DNA from: an uncultured Actinomycetes bacterium
GTDB lineage: Bacteria > Actinomycetota > Thermoleophilia > Gaiellales > JAICJC01
Length of the DNA: 64,000 nt
NCBI GenBank assembly: GCA_963729195.1
Contig: CAVSNF010000025.1
Location: forward strand, 192,287 to 256,286
Direction of reading: 5' to 3'
Both the position numbers and the translations under genes were made by a program. The notes under the pieces are model-generated. The model was not told where the DNA came from. It did no database searches and saw nothing but the letters and a program-made list of their open reading frames with translations. How positions within the stretch are numbered: position 1 is the stretch's first letter; the number at the start of each line of letters is the position of its first letter. Below are positions 29,504 to 40,474 of this stretch, one piece after another.

Positions 29504-30133
29504 GTGATCCTGACCCTCCTCTCCCTCACAGACGCCTTCGACTCACTCGCAAACCTCGTCTCCGACTCTCCCTGGACGTATGCGCTGGTGCTCGGCCTGG
29601 CGGCACTCGACGTGCTGTTTCCGGTGGTGCCGAGCGAGACGGCGGTGATCCTCGCGGGGGTGCTGGCCGGTACCGGCCATCTCAGCATCGAACTGGTGCT
29701 GATCTCGGCGGCCGTGGGAGCGTTCATCGGCGACAACTCGGGGTACTGGGTGGGCCGCACCGCCGGCAACAGCCGGATTGGCCAGCGCTTGCTCACCGGC
29801 GATCGCAAGAAACAGATCGACAAGGCCCAGGCTCAGATCGAGGTACGCGGCGGGTACTTCATCATCATCGGCCGGTTCGTGCCCGGTGGCCGTACCGTGG
29901 TGGTGCTGGCCTGCGGTCTGCTCAAGATGCGCTGGGCGCGATTCATGGCATTCGACGCAGTCGCGGCGGTGATCTGGGCGCTGCAAGCAGGACTGGCGGG
30001 CTACTTCGGCGGCCGCGCCTTCGAGGACAACCCGTGGCTGGGGCTGCTGGTCGGCGTTGCCATCGCGACGGTGCTGATCGGCTCGGCGGAGGGCTGGCGG
30101 CGAGTGCGGGCGTGGAGGGCGCGGCGGAGCTGA
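29504..30133 (+). CDS. DedA/SNARE-associated family membrane protein
   Basis: ORF 29459..30133: VPSETAVILAGVLAG...GDNSGYWVGR...GRFVPGGRTVV. GTG 29504 is preferred. The alternative start 29459 lies inside the palindrome. Confidence 0.8.
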   Translation: MILTLLSLTDAFDSLANLVSDSPWTYALVLGLAALDVLFPVVPSETAVILAGVLAGTGHLSIELVLISAAVGAFIGDNSGYWVGRTAGNSRIGQRLLTGDRKKQIDKAQAQIEVRGGYFIIIGRFVPGGRTVVVLACGLLKMRWARFMAFDAVAAVIWALQAGLAGYFGGRAFEDNPWLGLLVGVAIATVLIGSAEGWRRVRAWRARRS

Positions 30134-30149
30134 CCGCCGGGAAAGCCGT

Positions 30150-30828
30150 CTAGCTCGAGTGCGCGGGCTCGGCTCGATGGATCGCTTCGATCAGCTGTTC
30201 GCGATCCATCACGATCAGATCCTTCATCGGAACGCCGAGTTCCTTGGCCATGTCGAAGAGCGCCTGGCGGGGGAGGTCAGCCAGCGGATCGTGATCCTCG
30301 GACGACGGGTGCATCCACCGTGTCGGGCTCAGACACCTCGACTGCGGCGGCTCGGCCACCATCTCCATCTCCTGCGTCTCGGCCACCGCCTCTTCCTCAG
30401 ACCTCACAGCCTCGACTCTGACGAGCTCGCGGGGCGGCTCCGCAGCTGGTGGTCGGCTGGGGCTCGGCCTCGAGGTCGATCTCGTCCACGTCGAATGCAC
30501 CCTGGCCACTGAACACGCGGTAGGCGAGCTCGCCTTCCCACTCGGCTTCGGCGTTCCACTCGTCGTCGTCTTCGGCGGGCTCCTCAGGCTCGTCGGCGGG
30601 CGCTTCGACTTCCTCGGCCTCTTCAGCCTCGGCGACCGGCGAGACGTCGGGCTCGGGCTCGAGGCTCTCCGACGCCTCCGCCACCGGCTCTGCGACCTTG
30701 GTTGCCTCAACGTCCTCACCCAGGACAACCTCGGGCGCCGCGTTCTCAAGCAGCCGGGCCGCGAAGATGCCGGCGCATATGGCTGCAAGTAGGACGAGCA
30801 AAAATGGCGGTTGGCTACGTGGCTTCAT
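30150..30828 (-). CDS. Hypothetical membrane-anchored acidic protein with a C-terminal Rho_N-like helix motif, frame broken once
   Basis: ATG 30828 (MKPRSQPPFLLVLLAAICAGIFAA) plus a Glu/Pro/Ala-rich region in ORF 30397..30936. The C-terminus is in ORF 30150..30788 (...LPRQALFDMAKELGVPMKDLIVMDREQLIEAI). Frames join at the GGGG run 30431..30434. Confidence 0.5.
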
Positions 30829-30943
30829 CAAAGTTCCGACCCGGACCCTGCGCATCGAGTTTAGCGCACAGACGGAGTCCCGCGAGGGCTGCGGCACGAC
30901 ACCCTCCGCCGTGACCACAGCCCCCGCGCTTCTCACCTCTCCA

Positions 30944-31017
30944 TCGGGGCGCCGAGATTTGAACTCGGGACCTCACCGACCCGAACGGTGCGCGCTACCA
31001 GGCTGCGCCACGCCCCG
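30944..31017 (-). tRNA. tRNA-Pro (anticodon CGG)
   Basis: Hand-folded cloverleaf: CGGGGCG-TG-GCGC-AGCCTGGTA-GCGC-G-CACCG-TTCGGGT-CGGTG-AGGTC-CCGAG-TTCAAAT-CTCGG-CGCCCCG-A. 74 nt, CCA not encoded. Confidence 0.9.
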
Positions 31018-31028
31018 GAGATCGCGGA

Positions 31029-31334
31029 TTATCGCACAGGAGGTTCGCCGGACCCGCCATCGGCGGCGGCGCGGCGGGCGTCTCGGTCGCGGCGTGCGCA
31101 GAAGGCGTCAAACGCCATCATCCGGCGAAGCCAGTCGTTCTGGGCCTCGACCTCGATGTCGTACAGCAGCCGGTCGAGTTCGAACCTGGCCACAGCGGCG
31201 TCGAGCATCGCTTCGATCCGGGGACGCAGGCCACGCATGTGCACGTGATCGAACGACGAGCGGTCGATCCGCTCATCGTCGAGGGGTACCTCGTAGCCAG
31301 CAAGACGCTGGCCGAGCGAGCTCGCGGCCTTCAT
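31029..31334 (-). CDS. Hypothetical protein (101 aa)
   Basis: Internal ATG 31334 of ORF 31029..31469 (MKAASSLGQRLAGYEVPLDDERIDR...). Third positions are G/C-rich. No family recognised. Confidence 0.4.
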   Translation of the reverse strand: MKAASSLGQRLAGYEVPLDDERIDRSSFDHVHMRGLRPRIEAMLDAAVARFELDRLLYDIEVEAQNDWLRRMMAFDAFCARRDRDARRAAADGGSGEPPVR

Positions 31335-31411
31335 GGGGCGACTATGAACGGCTGCGCGATCGGCGTCTAGGGGTGGCGGGCAGGTCCACCCGTTCGGGTA
31401 GGGTGGTTCGG

Positions 31412-32170
31412 ATGGCCGACCGCGACGCGATTGTCGCCTTTTTGGACTCCCACCTCGATGTCCACGCATACCCGGACTACCTGCCGGTGGGTCTGCAGGT
31501 GCCGGGTGCGAGCGAGGTCAGCCGGGTTGCCACCGGCGTCTCGTCCTCGCTCGAGCTGTTTCGCCGAGCCGGCGAGGCCGGCGCCCAGATGCTGATCGTC
31601 CACCACGGCCTCTTCTGGAACAGCGACCCGCGCCGGATCGGGCCGCGCCAGAAAGAACGGCTGCGGAGCCTCTTTGACAGCGACCTGTCGCTGGTCGCCT
31701 ACCACCTGGCGCTCGACGCCCACCCCCAGGACGGAAATAACGCGCTCATCTGCAACGCACTGGAACTCGGCGACCTGCACGGCTTCGGAGGCAGTGGCGA
31801 GCGCACCATCGGCTTCATCGGTACAGCAGAACCGTCGATCTCGCCCGACCGCCTGCTCGCCCGCGTGCGCGCGAACATCAACCCCGATCCGATCGCCTTC
31901 CTGCACGGCCCCGAGCGAATCCGCAGGGTCGCGGTCGTCTCCGGCGGCGCCGCCGACCTGGTCGACGAGGCCGCCGATGCCGGCGCCGACGCGTTCATCA
32001 CCGGGGAGCCGAACGAGCCCGCGATGGCCCGCGCGCAGGAGGCCGGGATCCACTTTGTCGCCGCCGGCCACTACGCCACCGAGGTGTTCGGGGTGAAGGC
32101 TCTGGGAGAGTTGGTGTCACGCCAATTTGGGGTCGAGCACCGCTTCATCGACATCCCCAACCGGGTCTAA
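31412..32170 (+). CDS. Nif3-like dinuclear metal centre protein (YbgI/GTP cyclohydrolase 1 type 2 family)
   Basis: Internal ATG 31412 of ORF 30698..32170: MADRDAIVAFLDSHLDV...MLIVHHGLFW...LVAYHLALDAH...AAGHYATE. Confidence 0.85.
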   Translation: MADRDAIVAFLDSHLDVHAYPDYLPVGLQVPGASEVSRVATGVSSSLELFRRAGEAGAQMLIVHHGLFWNSDPRRIGPRQKERLRSLFDSDLSLVAYHLALDAHPQDGNNALICNALELGDLHGFGGSGERTIGFIGTAEPSISPDRLLARVRANINPDPIAFLHGPERIRRVAVVSGGAADLVDEAADAGADAFITGEPNEPAMARAQEAGIHFVAAGHYATEVFGVKALGELVSRQFGVEHRFIDIPNRV

Positions 32171-32177
32171 GCCAATG

Positions 32178-32206
32178 TTGACGCCGTCCGCCCAAGTGGG
32201 TAGTCT
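32178..32206 (+). promoter_or_regulatory. Candidate sigma-70-type promoter
   Basis: TTGACG (32178..32183), 17 nt, TAGTCT (32201..32206), directly after the Nif3-like stop codon. Confidence 0.4.
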
Positions 32207-32212
32207 GTGAGC

Positions 32213-32310
32213 ATGATTACTGAAGCGGAGACGGCCTGACATTGGACGATTTCCGCTCACTGATGTCGGGAAGCTGAAGCCCACTGAGCAAGCGCTCGGT
32301 GGGTTTTTTC
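32213..32310 (+). ncRNA. Candidate ~95-nt leader RNA or small RNA ending in a canonical terminator
   Basis: Bounded by the promoter-like boxes and the terminator. Internal stem 32224..32231 / 32250..57. Repeated CTGAAGC and CACTGA motifs. No known RNA family recognised. Confidence 0.35.
32280..32309 (+). terminator. Canonical intrinsic terminator (10-bp stem, tetraloop, T6)
   Basis: CCCACTGAGC-AAGC-GCTCGGTGGG followed by TTTTTT. One G-U pair in the stem. Confidence 0.7.
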
Positions 32311-32333
32311 GTTCTCACACAGAAGGGAGAAGC

Positions 32334-32495
32334 ATGGCAAACCACCTGACGCCCGAAGAACTGTCCAAGGAGATGGGGATCAAGCGCGACGAGGTCATCC
32401 GGCTTTGTCACGAGCAGGCCGTCCCCATCTACCACGGCAAGATCGACAAGTTCCTGTTCTCCACCGTAGTCCAGGAGACGACCGTCTCGGGCTAG
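32334..32495 (+). CDS. Small (53 aa) helix-turn-helix-like protein (excisionase/BldC-like pattern); not in the ORF track
   Basis: My translation: MANHLTPEELSKEMGIKRDEVIRLCHEQAVPIYHGKIDKFLFSTVVQETTVSG. SD GGGAGA lies 5 nt upstream. Nearly all third codon positions are G/C. Confidence 0.6.
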   Translation: MANHLTPEELSKEMGIKRDEVIRLCHEQAVPIYHGKIDKFLFSTVVQETTVSG

Positions 32496-32555
32496 GCAGG
32501 GCCCAGCCGACGGTTCTCCCACGCGACGACCGCACCGTCGCGTAATCTGGAAAGT

Positions 32556-33813
32556 ATGCACCGCGCTGCAGTCGTAACGGTCGCCATGTTCCTGGCGGCC
32601 GCAGTCCCCCACGCCGGTGCAGCGACCCTCAACCAGACGATCAACGGCTGGATCGCGCACTCCGCCTTCTCGGGGGCGCGCACCACGCTTTTGGTGTACG
32701 ACCGAAACACCAACCGGTTCGTGGCCGCCCACAAGGCCAGCGTGGTCTTGAAGCCCGGCTCCAACATGAAGCTTCTGACCACGGCCACGGCGCTCTTTCG
32801 GTACGGCACCGCCACCCGCCTCAGCACCCAGGTGATGACCGGCGGGTCGCTCGTCAAACGGCACCCTGCACGGCAACCTGTGGCTGGTCGGCGGCGGCGA
32901 CCCGTCGTTCTCCACCGGCACCTTCTCGAGCAAAGCCTGGGGCGGATCCTCAGGCCGCACCGACCAGCTCGCCCAGGCGGTCAAGGCCGCCGGCATCACC
33001 AAGGTCACCGGCCGCATCATCGGCGACGAGAGCCGCTTTGACAGCCGCCGCACCGCGCCCTACTGGAAACCCGACTACTGGCGCGACTGTCCTCCCATCT
33101 CGGCGCTCTCGGTCAACATGGACCTGTGGACGTACGGCGCCCCCGAAGCCGCTCCCAACCCGGCGCTGCACGCCGCCCGGGTGTTTCGCACCTCCCTGAT
33201 CGGCGCCGGAGTCAAGGTCGCCGGCGGATCGGGCGCCGCCACCCGGCCCAGCACCGTGCACGTGGTGGCAACCGAGCAGTCGCCGACGATGGCGCGGCTG
33301 ATGCGCCAGATGGACCGAAACTCGGTCAACTACTACGCCGAGGTGCTGCTCAAAGACCTGGCCGTGCGCGGCGGGCGCAAGGGCACCACCGCAAACGGCG
33401 TGCACGCCGTTCGAAACGCGATCCACGACCTGGGCCTGAGCTTCAAGACCGCGCGGATCTACGACGGCTCGGGACTCTCCACCGGCGATCGCCTGTCGGC
33501 CGCACAGATCGTCGGTCTACTGCGAGCGATCTCGGCCAAGCCGTGGGCCGCCTCCTTCCGCGGGGCCCTGCCCCAGGCCGGCGTCAATGGCACCCTCAGA
33601 CACCGCATGCGCACCGGCAGAGCCCACCGAAACGTGGTCGCAAAGACCGGCACGCTCAACGACGCCTCGGCCCTGTCGGGCTACGTCAACGCCGCCAACG
33701 GGCATCGCATCCTGTTCTCGATGATCATGAACCGCCCCGCGATGAACGTGCTGGCGGCACACAAGCTGCAAGATCGCATCTGCCAGCTGCTGGCCAGCTC
33801 GCCCGCGGCCTGA
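32556..33813 (+). CDS. D-alanyl-D-alanine carboxypeptidase/endopeptidase (PBP4, peptidase S13), frame broken once
   Basis: Signal peptide plus KPGSNMKLLTTATAL (SxxK) in ORF 32556..33041. The rest is in frame with ORF 33118..33813 (...DGSGLSTGDRLSA...AKTGTLNDASALSGY). Frames join at the AAA run 32856..32858. Confidence 0.8.
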
Positions 33814-33817
33814 GCCC

Positions 33818-36511
<2,694 letters not shown>

Positions 36512-36573
36512 CACCGAGAATGCTAGTTGAGTGGGTTGAAATCCAATGCGGGCGGATCGCCGTATCTCCCAGC

Positions 36574-37071
36574 ATGAAAACCCCAACCCGCATCAGCCGC
36601 TCGCTCACCCTCGCTCTCGCAGTCGGCGCATTGGCGCTGATGCTGGCAGCGTGCGGTTCGAGCTCGAGCTCAGACACCACAAGCTCAGCCGCTCCCGCAG
36701 GATCGACCGCCGCGAGCGGCGGCACCACCGTCCCGGTCACGCTCAAAGACTTCTCGATCACGATGCCGAAGATGGCGCTGGCGCCGGGCACCTACACGTT
36801 CGACGTCACCGACAACGGGCCGTCGTCCCACAACCTCACCATCAACGGCCCCGGAGTCTCGAATCAGGCGACGTCGACCTTCGCGTCGGGCACCCAGACG
36901 CTGACCGTGACGCTGAAAGACGGCACCTATGACTTCTACTGCTCCGTGCCCGGCCACAAGGCCGCGGGCATGGACGTCAAGGTGACGGTCGGATCCGGCG
37001 GCGGTGCGGCTGCGACCACCACCGAGGACAACGGCGGCGGATCCAGCTCGAGCGGCGGCGGCTGGTCATAG
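36574..37071 (+). CDS. Cupredoxin-like (type-1 copper) lipoprotein
   Basis: ATG 36574 of ORF 36520..37071. Lipobox LMLAACGS. Copper ligand pattern SSHNL...YCSVPGHKAAGM. Confidence 0.75.
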   Translation: MKTPTRISRSLTLALAVGALALMLAACGSSSSSDTTSSAAPAGSTAASGGTTVPVTLKDFSITMPKMALAPGTYTFDVTDNGPSSHNLTINGPGVSNQATSTFASGTQTLTVTLKDGTYDFYCSVPGHKAAGMDVKVTVGSGGGAAATTTEDNGGGSSSSGGGWS

Positions 37072-37151
37072 GCACAGGGGTTTCGCGCCCCGTCTACCTC
37101 GGGTTTGCCCTCGCCTCCATCGGAGGGCCGCTCGCACTGATCGCGCTGCTC

Positions 37152-38234
37152 GTGCCCGACGCGGTGGGCGACGATGCGATCGCCTCCGCCGGGCTGGTGG
37201 TGGCCGCCGGATCACTGCTGTTCGTGCCGGGGCTTCTGGTGTGGTACCGCTACTCGGAGCGGATCGCAAGCGACGGCGGCCTGTATGAGTTCGTCCACCA
37301 GGCCGCCGGCCCTCGCTGGGCCACGATCCAGGCCTGCTTTTGGATCGTCAGCTACTTCCTGTACCTGCCCTCCACGATCACCCAGGTGGTGTACGACATC
37401 GTGCCGGTGGCCTTCCCCGGCGTGGAGCCGTACCGGGCGTGGCTCCAGATCCTGCTGCCGGTGGTGATCATCCTGGGGCTGGTGTTGGTGGAGCGCTGGG
37501 TGCTGGTGACGCTGGGACTGGTGGCGGTGGTGCAGATCCTGGTGGTGATCGTGCTCGGATTTGCGATCCTCAGCCACGCCGGGTCGGTCAGCTCGTCGCT
37601 GGGGACGCACAGCTCCGGCCTGCAGCTGCCGCGCGGAGCCGCCAACGTGGCGCTGCTCTTCACCTGCGCCAGCCTGCCGCTGTTCCTCGGCGGCGAGGTC
37701 GAGGGCGGATCGCGCACCATCCGCCGCACGCTGGTGATCTCGGTGGCGGCGGTGGCAGGGATCCTGCTGTTCGCCGCAGTCGGCCTGAACCAGTTTGCCC
37801 AGTCCCAGATCGCCCTGCTGGAGACGCCCGGCTACACCGTGGCCGAGATCGTCTCCGGACACCGCCTGGCGGTGATCGTGATGGCCGTGGCCGCCGCCAG
37901 CGTGGTGAGCGTGATCGTGGCCGAATACGTCGCACTCACCCGGGTGGTGCGAGCCGTCACCGGCATCGACCTGCGCCGCGGCGCGCTCGCCATCGGCGGC
38001 CTCTTCCTGCTCGGCGCGGCGCTGGCGCTGATCGACCCCGACGAGGTGTACGAACACGCCCTCACCGGCTCGCTGGTGGCGCTCTACATCTCCCAGGCGA
38101 TGGTGTTTGCGGTGTATCCGATGTATGCCCAAAAACAGGGCCGGCGCTCGCCCACCGACATCGGCATCGCCGTGATCGCCACCGGGCTGATGGTGTTTGG
38201 ACTGTACGTGGCCGTCACCCAGGCGGGATCGTAG
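37152..38234 (+). CDS. APC-superfamily-like permease, N-terminus unresolved
   Basis: ORF 37152..38234. The same frame stays open and membrane-protein-like upstream to ~37074 (GTGVSRPVYLGFALASIGGPLALIALL) without an ATG/GTG/TTG. Confidence 0.6.
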   Translation: MPDAVGDDAIASAGLVVAAGSLLFVPGLLVWYRYSERIASDGGLYEFVHQAAGPRWATIQACFWIVSYFLYLPSTITQVVYDIVPVAFPGVEPYRAWLQILLPVVIILGLVLVERWVLVTLGLVAVVQILVVIVLGFAILSHAGSVSSSLGTHSSGLQLPRGAANVALLFTCASLPLFLGGEVEGGSRTIRRTLVISVAAVAGILLFAAVGLNQFAQSQIALLETPGYTVAEIVSGHRLAVIVMAVAAASVVSVIVAEYVALTRVVRAVTGIDLRRGALAIGGLFLLGAALALIDPDEVYEHALTGSLVALYISQAMVFAVYPMYAQKQGRRSPTDIGIAVIATGLMVFGLYVAVTQAGS

Positions 38235-38257
38235 GGGTCAAGCTAGGCTTCCCGGGG

Positions 38258-38761
38258 ATGGCAGCACTCGACGACGGATATGTGATCCCCGAGGGGGCCA
38301 AGATCGGCCACGTCCACCTGAAGGTGGCCGATATCGACCGCTCGCTCGACTTCTACTGCGGCATCCTCGGCTTCGAGCTGCAGGCGCGGATGGGGCCGGC
38401 GGCGGCGTTCATCAGCGCCGGCGGCTATCACCACCACATCGGCCTGAACACGTGGCAGTCGCGTGGCGGCTCACCGCCCCCACCGGGCACCACCGGCCTC
38501 TTCCACACCGCCGTGCTCTACCCCACCCGGCGCGAGCTTGCGATCGCGCTCACGCGTCTGCGGGATGCCGACTGGCCGCTGACCGGCGCCAGCGACCACG
38601 GCGTCAGCGAGGCGCTCTACCTGAACGACCCCGACCAGAACGGCGTGGAACTCTACTGGGACCGGCCGCGCGACCAGTGGCCCCAGCCGGACGAGCACGA
38701 CAACATCCCGCTGGTCTCAGACCCGCTCGACCTGGCCGACCTGCTGCGCGAAGCCGAGTAG
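38258..38761 (+). CDS. VOC/glyoxalase-family protein (extradiol dioxygenase-like)
   Basis: Internal ATG 38258 of ORF 37340..38761: IGHVHLKVADIDRSLDFYCGILGFEL...GGYHHHIGLNTW...GVELYWD. Confidence 0.8.
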   Translation: MAALDDGYVIPEGAKIGHVHLKVADIDRSLDFYCGILGFELQARMGPAAAFISAGGYHHHIGLNTWQSRGGSPPPPGTTGLFHTAVLYPTRRELAIALTRLRDADWPLTGASDHGVSEALYLNDPDQNGVELYWDRPRDQWPQPDEHDNIPLVSDPLDLADLLREAE

Positions 38762-38790
38762 CTTCGGATCCTGGCGGGGTTCGGCCTCGC

Positions 38791-38839
38791 TTGACCGATC
38801 GTATTCAACCTGATAGTTTAGAACTCTCCGGTTGAATAC
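38791..38839 (+). promoter_or_regulatory. Candidate promoter with an overlapping inverted repeat (likely ArsR operator)
   Basis: TTGACC (38791..96), 17 nt, TAGTTT (38814..19). Inverted repeat GTATTCAACC (38801..10) / GGTTGAATAC (38830..39). SD AAGGAG at 38840. Confidence 0.45.
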
Positions 38840-38849
38840 AAGGAGCTCG

Positions 38850-39204
38850 ATGCCCACCGACCAACTCAGCAGAACGTTTGCGGCCCTCGCCGACCCGACC
38901 AGGCGGGCGATGCTCACTCGCCTCTCGGAGGGCGAGGCCACGGTCGGCCAGCTGGCCGCCCCCTTCGACATGTCGCTTCGCGGCGGTCTCCAAGCACCTG
39001 CGGGTGCTCGAGCACGCCGGGCTGGTCAGCCGGGGCCGAGACGCCCAGTACCGGCCGGCCCACCTCGAGGCGCGGCCGCTGGCCGCGGCATCCGAGTGGA
39101 TCGGCGACTACGCCCGCTTCTGGGCCGGCAGCGCCGACGCACTCGGCAGCTACCTGGAAACGCTTCAGCAGCCCACCACACCCAAGGAGAACAGCAATGA
39201 CTGA
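38850..39204 (+). CDS. ArsR/SmtB-family transcriptional regulator, frame broken once
   Basis: ATG 38850 MPTDQLSRTFAALADPTRRAMLTRLSEGEATVGQLA in ORF 38832. Continues as AVSKHLRVLEHAGLVSRGRDAQ in ORF 38878..39204. Frames join near 38979. Confidence 0.8.
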
Positions 39205-39649
39205 CGGACTGACCATCACCCGCACCTTCGCGGCGCCACGCGAGCTCGTGTGGGCCGCCTGGACGCGACCCGAGCACTTCTCGGTGTGGTTTGGCACCGA
39301 GGCCCTGGCCGTGCCGCTGGAGACGCTCTCGATGGACGTACGCGTCGGCGGGGCATGGCACGCGGTCATGCACCTCCCCGACGGCGGCACGATCGACTGG
39401 CACGGTGAGTACACCGAGGTCGACCCGCCCGCGCGGCTGGCCCTGACGATGAGCGACGTCGCCGCCAGCGACGCCTACGAGCCCGTCACCGTTGACCTGG
39501 TGGAGGTCGACGGCGGTACCGAGATGACGCTCACCCAGACCGGCGGCCACCTCACCAAGGAGCAGTACGCCCAGACGGTGATCGGCTACAACGGCTTCTT
39601 CGACGACATGGAGAAGCTGCTCGCCGCGGAGATCGAGCTGTCCCGATAA
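39197..39649 (+). CDS. SRPBCC/AHSA1-family (activator of Hsp90 ATPase homolog-like) protein
   Basis: ORF 39197..39649: ITRTFAAPRELVWAAWTRPEHFSVWFG... Typical partner of ArsR genes. 8-nt overlap with the ArsR gene. Confidence 0.8.
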   Translation: MTDGLTITRTFAAPRELVWAAWTRPEHFSVWFGTEALAVPLETLSMDVRVGGAWHAVMHLPDGGTIDWHGEYTEVDPPARLALTMSDVAASDAYEPVTVDLVEVDGGTEMTLTQTGGHLTKEQYAQTVIGYNGFFDDMEKLLAAEIELSR

Positions 39650-40430
39650 CTACTCGGCCTCGAGCGACCAGGCCGCGATCTCTGCGATGGCCGACTGGCT
39701 GGTGAGATCGAGGTGCACCGGCGTGACCGAGATCAGGCCGCGCGCGATCGCCTCGAAGTCGGTGCCCTCCTCGTCGTGATAGGAAGGGTCGTCGCCGTAG
39801 ATGCTGTAGCGGCGGCGGCCCTCGGAGTCTGACTCGAGCTCCAATCGGTCGCGGTAGATGCGCCGGCCCAGCCGCCCCACCGCGACGCCCTTGAGCGGCG
39901 GCGGGGGGACGTTCACGTTCAGGATCGTGCGCGGCGGCAGGCCGCGGCTTGCGACCTGCTTCCACCAGGCTTCGCAGAAACCTCGCCGCCGGCTCGAAGT
40001 CGTACAGCTCGCGGCGCTTGAAGTCGACCTTCTGATCGACGCTCTGCTGCGAGATGGCGATCCCCGGGATGCCGAGCACGATGCCCTCGAAGGCGGCCGC
40101 GACGGTGCCCGAATAGGTGACGTCGTCGCCCAGGTTGACGCCGTAGTTGATGCCCGAGACGATCAGGTCGGGCCGCTCGCCGACCAGGCCCAGGTCGGCG
40201 AACCGGACGCAGTCGACCGGCGTGCCGTCGGTGGCATAGCCGATGCTGCCGTCGCGCAGCTCGACCTCGGTGATCGTCAACGAGCGGGTGATCGTGATCG
40301 CCCGGCCGATCGCGCTGCGATTGGAATCGGGCGCGATCACCGCCACCTCGGCGATCTCGTCCAGCGCCAGCTTGGCCTCGTACAGGCCCCGCGACGTGAT
40401 CCCATCATCATTGGTCAGGAGAATCTTCAT
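39650..40430 (-). CDS. surE: 5'/3'-nucleotidase SurE, frame broken once
   Basis: MKILLTNDDGITSRGL...SGINYGVNLGDDVTYSGTVAAA in ORF 39552..40430. C-terminus (LNVNVPPPPLKG...) in ORF 39650..39916. Frames join near 39945. Confidence 0.85.
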
Positions 40431-40442
40431 GCCACGGCTGTC

Positions 40443-40474
40443 GTGAATAAAAGGTGCCTGGCACCTTTATTCAT
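40443..40474. repeat. Palindromic repeat, copy 3 (diverged, with a compensatory change)
   Basis: GTGAATAAAAGGTGCC-T-GGCACCTTTATTCAT. Contains the truA TAA stop (40467..40469). Lies 12 nt upstream of the surE start codon. Confidence 0.85.

Noticed and set aside
30150-31334. tRNA-Pro flanked by two hypothetical genes, considered as a possible integrated island
   Set aside because: No integrase or recombinase is present, and I noticed no direct repeat of the tRNA 3' end. The flanking genes have host-like G/C third positions.
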